From NCBI GenBank assembly GCA_002633005.1, contig NMRA01000419.1, positions 55,256-102,264 of the forward strand: a stretch of DNA of 47,009 nucleotides, read 5' to 3'. The translations under genes were made by a program, and so were the position numbers. This stretch comes from Phoronis australis. Taxonomy: Eukaryota; Animalia; Phoronida. Under the pieces are notes generated by a model. It was not told the origin of the DNA, did not search any database, and saw only the letters and a list, made by a program, of their open reading frames with translations. This document shows, piece after piece, positions 37,085 through 47,009 of this stretch (the stretch's first letter is position 1; every line of letters begins with the position of its first letter).

Positions 37085-38930
37085 TATATAGCAGCGAGAG
37101 AACTCCCAAGAAGTAGTGCGGTGTGAATGCCTTAAACTCGGCCAAGAAAAGAAACAGCAGAAAATTGAGATTTTTTCTTATGCTATTTTGGTTTAATTGC
37201 AAGCATAGCACGGTAGAACTGTAAGCATTTTCAAATTTTGAATTGAAAGTGATCGTCAAATATGCAGATATGTTGTTCATCCAGTGTCCACTTTGATTGT
37301 GGATTGGTGGATTGACATGCATGCGTGTACACGTTTGAACGTTTCTTTTCTTTCCAGTTCAGTACACTCTGACGGTAAGTTCATGATAGGCAGCCTTCCG
37401 TCTTGCCAAAAAACAGACATTTTTCTTGCAATGAGAATACACCGTTGAGCATTTTCACGTTATGGTGGAAAAGTAGGCCTAGACCTCAACTTTGGCCAAT
37501 GAAAATCTTCTCTAGTCAATCAATGTCAATGGTGCACAACCCTGCAGACTTCATACGAGCTACAAACTTGATGGAAAAGATTTTCACTATGATGATCCGA
37601 AAGTCCAGTACTCCGAATGCCCATTACTCCGAAAGTTCATTATCCTCTAAAATTCACCGCTTTGGGTTTCCACTATTCCAAAACCAAGGCTCGGTCTCTA
37701 ATCTTTGTACTCGAAACGAACTCAAAATTATTTTTGGCAATTTCTATGCTCCTTTTGTGCGAACTCAAGAATATGTGCATGGTTATCTGACTGTGCTCAA
37801 ATAATTATAGTTTATGCATATCAGATTTTAGTCCAAATTTGCACTTAAAAACCCTTATGTTCGTGCTACAAACTCTAGTAAAAACTCGAAATTTCGAGTT
37901 CAAACTCGTTAGTTTTCGCTTTCATGTTGGATTTGTCAACAGCAAACTAGGACAAATAAATCATCCACGTAAGTCATTATGCACTCGAACATAGAGTAAT
38001 AGACACTTATCTTGAGTTCGCACAAAAGTACATTAAAAATGCCAAACATTATTTCGAGTTCCGTTTCGAGTAAAAAGATTTGAGACTGGGCCCAGAACTC
38101 CAATAGTTCACTACTCTGATTGTGTGATCACGACTCATTCTCAAGCAGACAACATCTGGGGCACGGCTGCGGCAACCAACGGCGGTTTCAAATTTAAGAA
38201 GACAAAATGGGACTCCCTAACTCCGTAACGACTGGCACGGACAGGGTGGCTTACTAACATCATTTAGTTTTGAACTGGCCGTGTGCATCGCGCTGCGATT
38301 CGATCTTGACATGGATTTGACGAATTGTGTCTTGGATGATAATTCATCTGTATTCCTACTTCATATAATTTTAAAATGCAAGTGCGTACTCATTTTAAAA
38401 CATGTGGGCAATTTCGAATGCGCATCAAATCTGACTACTGTTTCTAGTTGTGCTGGCCAGCTGGAGATGGTGGTCACTGTCCACATGGAATCCAAAGTGT
38501 TTTATTGCCCAGCGTCGTTTTCGGTGTAGGTGCATCAAATTATCGAAATGTCGTTTAGTTTTGCATGTAAAAGTTTAAAAATCACAGTTTGAGTTTGATA
38601 GTTTAGATATTTTTGGAGTGGTGAATCGTCGAAGTAGTGAACCTTCGGAATAGTGGGGTGTTCCCGTTTCCAGCGATGTAAGCAACTTTTAAGTTTAAAA
38701 GTAACACGCTCAAATACAACCAGAGAATAATTTTAAGTCATTCGCCGACTAAACTTCATATTTCCGTTTGAATATGCAATGAGATGTAATCACTCATTTA
38801 AGCATGGCTGAGTTTGGCAGGAGATAATGACAGAATGTTCTCTTTCTGGACCACATTATATCCTAATTTGTGCCCCGTTCTTTGCGAGCAACTGCCACAG
38901 CATCCTCGTTTCTGGTATTACAAAGTCCCA
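37085..38930 (+). repeat. Composite dispersed repeat, copy D (intronic), split by a MITE
   Basis: Colinear with 26430-27790 plus 31687-31770. Confidence 0.85.
37688..38092. mobile_element. PIF/Harbinger-like MITE, ~85-bp TIRs, 3-bp TSD (caa/cag)
   Basis: ggctcggtctctaatctttgtactcgaaacg versus cgtttcgagtaaaaagatttgagactgggcc; the paralogous empty site at 27088-27090 has one cag. Confidence 0.85.
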
Positions 38931-39580
38931 CAGCTGAAATTGTCTGTTGTGCGATGTGCAGTGATGCTGAGGATCGTGCAACTGGTTTCAAACGGTTACC
39001 TCGTGGGTTGATCTAGCTTCACTCAAGTATTTGGGCTTGTCTGGCGGGGCTAACCCACCACTAGATTTGTCTCGCAGTATTTATTCGTGATACCTGGACT
39101 GACGGTGAATATTTTGGAACTGGTTTTAAGCGGTTACCTCTGGGTTTGATCTAGGTCAATTTTTAACCCTTTTTGAAAATCGTCTGGCAGGGGCATCCCA
39201 CCACTGAAATTGTCTGGCATCTAACTCAGTTGTGCCATGTACAGTGACGTTGAAAATCATGCAATTATTTTAAACGGTTACCTGGTGGATTGATCTAGCT
39301 CAACTCGGGTATTTGGGCCTGTCTGGTGGGGCTAACCCACCACTAGACTTGTCTGACAGTGTTCATTCGTGATACCAGGGCTCACTGGTTTCAAGCGGTT
39401 ACTTCTGGATTGATCTAGCTCCTTTTTTTACCTTGTTTACAACGGTCAGGCTGATAATCTCCACTACTGAAATTGTCTGGCAGTGACCAATTTTGACACA
39501 GTGGATTACGTAGTAGGTCCTATCCAAGACAGTTTGAAGTGGTTACCAGAAAAGTTGATCTAGCTCAATTTTTAGTCTTC
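38930..39580. repeat. Diverged ~140-bp tandem array, ~5 units, dimeric
   Basis: ggttac...tgatctag recurs near 38994, 39133, 39276, 39397 and 39541; units 1 and 3 share gtatttgggc.tgtctgg.ggggctaacccaccactaga. Confidence 0.8.
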
Positions 39581-40089
39581 TCTTGGCTTCCCTGACCACA
39601 CCCACCAGAGCGAACCTGCCAGACGGCCATTTCCAAGCATCAGCCGGGATACCCACAGAGCACTGTGGCACCAAAGAAAATTGGTTACCTTTCCATGCCC
39701 AAAAAGCTCTGGGTTCCCGGTCTAATAATGTTAACAACAATTGTATTGGGGTTTATAGAGACAGATCTGTCAATAAGGTCCTAAATAACCACAAGACAAT
39801 TAAATCCTAAAGTTGATCTTACACTCGGACTTCACACAAGTGTTTCTAAAAATATTCCCAAATGTCACGTGACCAAAAGTGCTTACAACATGCCCATAAC
39901 TGATGATAAACTACGATGTACTCACAATAACTTGACTAAACATTTATTCAATTATCGTAATTTATCGAGTCTGATATCACTTCTCGTGAAACGAATCCCA
40001 AATTCGTGAGATGACAGGGAAAAATCAGTTATCAACTTAGAAAGGTGTAGTTCGTGAGAAAAATCAAAGCAGCGCAAGTGGATATGTGA

Positions 40090-40224
40090 CATGGGTGGCA
40101 CAGCATTGAAAAAATTGGGGGTCTCTAGCCCCCCAGCCCCACTATGGTGCACTGCCCGTAGAACATGGGCGGCGCAGCAGAGTGAGGGCTACAGCCCCCA
40201 GCACCCTATAGTGCGCCCCCCATG
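40090..40224. mobile_element. Two adjacent very short hAT-like MITE remnants
   Basis: catgggtggcaca...tgcactgcccgta and catgggcggcgca...tgcgccccccatg. Confidence 0.5.
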
Positions 40225-41561
40225 ATATTGTAGTATCATTTATTTAATATCTCCTGTAAGTTTCATGAACCCGCAGCTAGACGAGGAAACAATAACAACA
40301 AACAAAAAACAACAAAAACACCTAACAAGAGCGTTAACTTTATTTCAAAACTCATAGGGCCATTGGCCCACAGTTCATCATATTAATATACAAACAGAAT
40401 ACTCTTGCCAATTCATCAAATACTCATAATTGCGCACCTAGTTGTCAATGCTTATTGAATGAAGGATGCTGTATTTCTAAGCTTAATACATACATAGAAT
40501 CTGAACCTAAGAGTACCTAAATGTTTATAGTTCTAACAATACATTGTGGTAATAGATATTTCCGTAGGTCAGCAAGGACAGGAAATCAAATGAAAAGTGT
40601 ATCTCTGTTTCAATTTTGTCGGTGTTACAAGCTTTATAAGTTCTTTCTGATCGAGGTACATTGTTTCTTGTACCAATCTCAAGATGACGCGCCGAACACT
40701 TCAAATTTGCTATTGAAAATACTTGATTTTAAGACAGGCTATAACATGTTAATTCAGATTTAATTACATATTAAAAATTCCATTCATCCGTATTTGCAAG
40801 TGAAGACGACCACAATTGAAAATTCACATCCCTAAGTCGAGGAAACAACGTAATATGCTGTTATAAATCAATAATTTCTGTAGTCATAAATCTTCCTTTT
40901 ATGATGCATGGCTGAGCCTGTCCAAGTCATGACAAAGGAACTAATCGAGAGACGACGGCAGTACAATACACAGAAAGCGAGGAGGAACAAACTTGTGTTG
41001 ATTAGTGCACTGTACTCCTCCATAAGTCTTATGTTTGTTAAGTATATGATACGATTTGGATGTTGAAAAAATATTTTAATGGAGACGTACGGGCGGCAGA
41101 AAGATGAAAGTTTTCAATACAAAGTGCATTAACTCCTGGTTTCTAGAAATATTTTGCTTTCCAAAATTGATTAGTCGGACTACAGCTTGTCTGATATTTA
41201 GCTTGACAACAAATCGGACAAACCTTTTCCCACACAGATTCTTCAATAGTATAATACATAGAGGTAAGACCATTATCTACATACGTTTAACCTTTTATAT
41301 ATTATTATGCTAGTAAAATGGAACTTCAGTATTTTGAAAAAGATGAAACTAATCAACAATGAGAAGTGGTTATCTAGTGAACCTGTTAAAGTGGAAAGCC
41401 ACCCGATATAATAAGTCTTTTTTACCGTCTTAATCGGTCTTTATCCACATCAGCTCGTATACGGTCGATCTTAATTCGCCGAGAGGTGTCGCGTTAACCC
41501 ATGAAGAAGGTGAGAAACGACGCAGCGACGTCAGTGGTTCTTCAGTAGAGTGAGTGCCGCT

Positions 41562-41867
41562 ATGGTGTGGTGTATCATTCCCGCTTGTGCGAACTATGAA
41601 GCTGCGAGGAAAGCGGGTATAGTGTTTTTTCTTTGATTTCCTCGAGAGTCCATAATACTTCGGAAGTGGCTCGCGGTAGTGAAGAATGAAAACTACGCCG
41701 TTAATACCATGATGAGGCCGTGAAACTGGGTCTCCATGTCTGTGGCCGGCATTTCGGCGACAGTGATTTTACTGACGATGGAATACTGGCTTACTAAACA
41801 GCTCATGCTAGGGCAAAAAAAGAGCCTGAGGCTGAAGTCAGATGTTGTACTTAGGATGTTTGCGTTC
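41562..41867 (+). pseudogene. THAP zinc-finger domain remnant (transposase N terminus)
   Basis: MVWCIIPACAN...*FPRESIILRKWLAVVK...LHVCGRHFGDSDF...RLKSDVV: C2CH ligands and conserved P, W, F; one stop plus frameshifts. Confidence 0.85.
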
Positions 41868-42124
41868 GGCAGGCAAGAAGCAAACGCGGATCGGTTGTTG
41901 GTCAGTTTTTGATTATGGAGAATTGTAGTTGGCTAAGAAAACAAAGAATGACGATGAGTTCAAGGCGCGAGAACATAACGTTTTATATAACTTGTTGGAT
42001 ACTGACTCGTTCGTCAGGCTTCTGTTTGGTCCTGGGTGTAGAATGTTTTCGCAGTTCTTTTTCCCGGCCCTAAAAAAATGTCGTAAGCGGACCTCTATTT
42101 AGATGGGGTGTAAAAATCACACGA

Positions 42125-42633
42125 CGGCGTTTTCCCGTTCAGTGACTTTACCAAACGTAGAGGGTTGTGAGCGTGTGGTAACACATAGTTTCTTTGTTAA
42201 CTGCAAAGCACACTCTTTTGTCTGGTATGACAACCGGCAGGCCAATTATCTACCAGGCTTATTACAGACCGCATGACAACACAGTCAAACCCAGAGTGTT
42301 CGGAAAGAATAGATTGTCGTAACTTCGGTTGTAGTTGGGCGATTTTGGCGATTCAAAAACTAAACGTGATCAGCATTTGAAGAGAAATTTAGAAATGCTA
42401 TTGGTTTATGTTCAAATATGTTGTAACTTAACTTTTGTTTTAACAGCACAGCCCAGTCAGGCTAGATACGATCTTCTTGGAGATTAGAGCAATGATCGAA
42501 CAAAAGAAAGCTGGTCATCCAACCCTAAATGCCAGAATGGAGTTAATCAGTCGTGTAAGATATTGGTTACAGGGGTCACTTCCCAACTCGTTGTTGGGCT
42601 ATAGAATCGAATAAGTTGGAAGCAACGGGAAAA
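42125..42633 (+). repeat. Dispersed repeat, copy of 914-1472, with exon-like segments
   Basis: Direct similarity to 914-1472; shared acceptor-like sites and reading frames. Confidence 0.9.
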
Positions 42634-42941
42634 CGCGGCAGTAACGGATGGTCCGTGAGACATATCTGCGCTTCTCCAAGAAGGCGTTTCACTTGCGGAT
42701 TTTCGTGGCAGCAAACGCAAGCGTCAGTCGTTTCCATTATCATGTAGTTAGCGCACTGACACCATGACAAGTCATTCAAACGGTTTTCGGAACTATTTTC
42801 CGTGTGCACGTTCACGGCGCCTCTCTAGTATTTCTTGATCAGTGTATTCCGGTTCGAACTGATAGCCTGTGAAACCTAACACCAACCTGTGAAGTCTTCG
42901 TCGGATGAGCACTCGTCTAAGCCGGAATTGCGAGTTGCCAC
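42634..42941 (-). pseudogene. P2X7 cytoplasmic-ballast-like (KolX-like) Cys-rich protein remnant
   Basis: FTGYQFEPEYTDQEILERR, frameshift, then RLNDLSWCQCANYMIMETTDACVCCHE...CLTDHP, matching Y.FEP...WC.C..C..M....E..CC.E...C.T.H. Confidence 0.8.
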
Positions 42942-43052
42942 TTTGACGTTTATTATTGTGCGCTCTGTTTCAAAATGAATTATTCTCACCCTACCAATGC
43001 TTATATAAAACTGAAACAAAGTCTGTATCATTAGATAAAATTTGTAATGCCT

Positions 43053-44100
43053 TTAACCCTTGTCCTGCTGAGCCTCTATTCTGTTTGCTGAGCTAAGTAG
43101 GTCACCACTACTGCTGTTGTGGAAGTCCCCCAGATAAATGACCTAACAATTTTAAATTGGAAATTTGAAGGGGAAATATTAAATTAACAGAAAAGAAGTC
43201 AGTATAAAACTTGTGCAGAATTTAATGGAAATTTTCACCATGTGTAAGTCTTTATCACAGCCTTGGTGAAAGTAAACTGATCCACTGTCATCCTCTCCCT
43301 TATGGCTCCAGCCATATAATGAAACTATTTGTCTACACTTACATAAACCTGCCAATTTCTCCCAAAACTAGTAATCACAGCCATAAGGTTTAAATTGGAG
43401 AACTGTAGAGGAAACTGTGAAGTATGGAATGCTCATTAGTCAGTGGGCAAGATCTCATAGCGTTCCTTGTGAGTACCGTGGGGGGGGGCAATCTAGTTTT
43501 TTCTATGTGGCCAGATAAGATACCTACAAATCAAATTTCAAAAAGTTCCCAGGTCTACACTTGCACATTTTTTTTTAAAAAAAGGTGTTCTTGTTGCACA
43601 AAATATGATGCACATTCCTGCCACTTGGTGGCGCTTTTCTATTGAATTGACCAACCAGAAAGCCAGATTGTATTGTTGTGCTTAGTTACTTCAATATGGC
43701 TGCTTCCATGGAATGTGATGCCTGTATAATTCAAGGTTTATCAAACAGCACAAAATTGTGATGCCAGAGCCTAAAGAAGCTTAGCAAAGCTTCCTGACGA
43801 AATCTGATGGACTGTGGAACTCTGTAGATCAGTAGATCAAAAAAGAGGTGTTACAAACGTTTGTGCAGAAAACAGCTGAATGTCCTGGTATAGCCTACGC
43901 AGTATACTGCTGAGTTTTATAGACTAAAAAAATCAAGTGTCAGACCAAAAAATTGAAACGACATAGAACGGCACAGCAACGTACGTTTCAAGGCACCAGC
44001 AGTAGTACTAAAGCTGAAGTTGCTGAAAGTGATACAGAAAGTTTAGTTTCCAACTTATAACACAGCATTTAAGCAGTGCGTGTATAAGTATATTACAAAA
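43053..44100 (+). mobile_element. DNA transposon fragment, family uncertain
   Basis: Starts ttaacccttgtcctgct (piggyBac-like terminus); decayed Cys-containing ORF from ~43696; no matching right end found. Confidence 0.3.
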
Positions 44101-44234
44101 TTTAGAACCCCGGGAAATAATATTTACTGGTAAATCTACTCACTGACAGCAGTTGGTGAGAACGAATGGTTCCCCGTCAAATTTTGTTTTCATCCACGGG
44201 TAAAAGGCTATGATATCCAAATTATTTGTTGTAG

Positions 44235-45462
44235 GGTGAAGAGAAGATTTCGGAGAGGCTTACTTGCTGGTGTCATGGCAACTGTTTTCTTCTTGAGTGT
44301 GAGCTTCATTGGATTCACGCCTGGTTGGGTACCACAGCCTCAAAGGCCTAAACTGTTAATTGGCTTATTCAATGTATCGTTGGCGATGCCGGTGTTAAGC
44401 CCACCAAAAGCTGAGGTGTTGACGAAGGTTGCAGTTAAGAATATACCTCCAGGCTCATATGTGCGAGTATTTAAGGATAGACTTCCAGCCTTCCAGTTGC
44501 CCAAACCGACGTTCATTCGCCCAGAGCACGAGGATTACTTTTTTAAGACGAATAATTCACAAGTCGGTGTATCATACTCGGATGTATATTCCACAATAAA
44601 CGATATTCGAGTGTACCATTCTGTCTGGATTAACGCCAGTCACAGGGACTGTGGTTTTGCCACTACGGAGGAAGATTTCAAGAACGTGTACTCACCATGT
44701 ATTGGGCCATATGACTACGACAACGTTGCCATGATTATTCTGCCGGACTCCTGGTCCTACCAACATTACATGGATGGAGTCTTGCCTAAAATTGCCTCGA
44801 TTCATAATTTATATCCAAACATAACCTACGTGTTGAGCCGAAGTACTTTACCTACCGTCAAGCTGGAGTTAAACTTCATGGGATTCAAGTATATCCTTAA
44901 GCCTGACAGGCCAATTTGTGTAAAGCTCGCGATAGACACTTGCCGCCTAGCAGGTATCAATCCCAAATTATGGACACGGGTTCATTCCTTGTTGACCAGG
45001 GGCTTTATGGCTCCGCCCAATCCACAAAAGGTGGTGTATATTCCTCGTAATATCAACACACGGAACGGTAGGCATGTCGACAACGAGGCCCAAGTGACAA
45101 GATACCTGCTCGACCGCTTTAGAAACGAAACGGTAATTTTTGACCACACGAAGTACAGTTTGAGCGAGTTTAGACGACTCATGCTTAATACACGTTTGTT
45201 GCTCGGTGTAAACGGGGGAGGACTTGCGTCTAACTTGTTTTTTGTTTCTCCCCATGCAAAAGTCATAGATTTAATGTTGTGGAAGATATACGGTGGTGTA
45301 GAAATGCCTTACTATACGTCGGCTTTAAGAAATTTGAAGTATTGCCGAGTATATGTCAACCATGACAGTGGTACAACGCACGTTCAAATCGACATGGAGA
45401 ACTTAAAACGAGCCCTTGACGTGTTTGAGCCAAAAAGTTCGGCTACATGGGATTCCTCATGA
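44235..45462 (+). CDS. Glycosyltransferase family 61 (DUF563-like) type II membrane protein, main coding exon
   Basis: Acceptor tttgttgtag at 44234; KRRFRR then a hydrophobic helix and Pro-rich stem; motifs SYQHYMDGVLPKI, VVYIPR...RHVDNEAQV, LLLGVNGGGLASNLFF...KVIDL match GT61 Y.H...D.LP, YI.R...R...NE, G.HG.GL.N..F...VIE. Confidence 0.88.
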
Positions 45463-46544
45463 AGTGCCATTTGTTGGGAAGAATGCATAAAGCATAGTGA
45501 GATATCGTCTTAGTTCAGCTACTAGGGATGGTGAAAATTACACCTAATGGCCAATCGGAAGCCTTTGTGCGGCACACTGGGATGCGATTTCACACCATAT
45601 GGGGTCGTTAAGACAAGAGTTGCCTTACTAAGAAAGACATGTAAAAACAGCTCTTGGTTTTTATCCTTCTCCAGTCTGTATTCCTTGACTAAAACGTCCT
45701 TAAAATTGCATCGCAGCCATTTTGCGTAGAAGATGAAATCAGGTTGTCACTTGAACTACTATCGGTGACCAAGTTTCTTTCAATTCGACCATAACTGTCA
45801 TCAGATATTGGATGGATCCGACTGCTGCAGACTGGCCTTCGAAGTTTGCTCAGTTTTCTTTGAGTCAAGCACAATATGTGTCATTTGTCAATATTGCATT
45901 TGTCAATGCCCAGATAGCGTGGCCTGCACCCCTTCGACTAAGCAGCAAGTTCGCTAGTGTTGCTTACTCCGGTGTAAAATGAACACCCATTATACCTTTA
46001 CAGTTTGCATTGCAATTGATGACACATATTTAAGTTGTGTCTTGTTTTCTTACTTCTGTTCTTATAACAATTTCCAAGACATGTGACGAAGTAAATAGTG
46101 TCGCTGCGCTACAGACTGGACTTTAAACGTTATCGTTTGCCTCTCGTTGTTTTATTTTCTCGCAAGAACAGTGCTCTGAGGAACGCATCCCATATGTAGG
46201 TCAACATTGACTGCAATAATGCTTCATTTGCGTCTGACTGTCTACTTTTGAATTCTTTTTTCACAATTTCACAGTGAAGGGAATGATCATAATTCAATTT
46301 CTCTTGTTGACGGACACAGTACACGCCTTTTTAACGGGCATTAGTTTTGTTCAATTAAATTACTGGTGCCCCAGTTTGATAATTAAATTACAAAAATGCA
46401 GAAATAACCGCTTATCACTGCTTGCAATCAAACGGGAAGCTGAAACATGTTATCTGAGACACTGCGTACTCGTGATGTGGTCGTGCGTACTCGTGATGTG
46501 GTCGTCCGTAGTAAAGGTAACCCTATCATTGATTGTTCGGGGAA

Positions 46545-46750
46545 AATGCCGTCGTAATTACGACCGGGACCCGGCTCGTGTTTTACCACCGTAATCGCTC
46601 GCCCGTATTTTTGCTCGTAATTAAGACTAAGACTTTTACAGTACTCTTAATGTCCAATAAAAATGGTTTGTAAGTTACGCGAGCTTAGAAAGAATTTGTA
46701 CTCTCGTAATTTTGCTCTCGCATTTTTCGCTCGTAATTTTAGCAAGACGT
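46545..46750 (+). repeat. Fragment of the cgtaattacgac repeat family also at 27820-28030
   Basis: Shared gactaagactt, cgtgtttta and tttttcgctcgtaattttagc. Confidence 0.7.
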
Positions 46751-47009
46751 CGCTAGATTTAACTTAGTAAAGTAAGTACCAGTCAACGCCAGACCACCAG
46801 CTGTTCAATGGGGCTATTCGGAAAATCTACAATAACTAGAGGGCGTGCGTGTACTAGTGGTGATAGATTAACAGCCTCGATTTCGCGAGCCCTTTAAATA
46901 CATGGTGAAATGGCTTGCAGCCGTGCCAACTGAATCTGAGATTGCGTAAAAAGGGTGCTTCTATGAGAGGAAGTAAGCGCGACCTCATACAAAGGTAAGG
47001 TTTGTGATT

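Noticed and set aside
44236-44238. GTG start of a bacterial-style gene or contaminant
   Set aside because: It lies one base after a splice acceptor with in-phase upstream exons, amid animal transposons.
45873-46030. Short inverted repeat aatatgtgtcat/atgacacatatt as a MITE
   Set aside because: Only ~12 bp match and no second copy in the window.

Overview
AT-rich animal (probably marine invertebrate) genomic DNA, not prokaryotic; I found no operons, rRNA, tRNA or CRISPR arrays. Two credible protein-coding genes: (1) a spliced + strand gene for a type II membrane GT61/DUF563-like glycosyltransferase, with three in-phase coding exons (36149-36187, 36997-37067, 44235-45462; 445 aa), the first two missed by the ORF track; (2) an uninterrupted 480-codon Lys/Ser-rich orphan ORF on the - strand (13933-12491) lying between two ~1.7 kb diverged inverted repeats. 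The rest is decayed, often nested transposons: an internally deleted Gmr1-like Gypsy element, an Academ remnant, a Kolobok-like remnant (THAP plus P2X7-ballast/KolX-like domain, with an unexplained spliced passenger segment also present at ~0.9-1.5 kb), hAT, ISL2EU-like, PIF/Harbinger-like and HINE-like pieces, a Penelope-type hammerhead motif, a four-copy composite repeat and many minisatellites. Family assignments come from manual translation and recalled motifs; no search was run, and diverged repeat boundaries are approximate.
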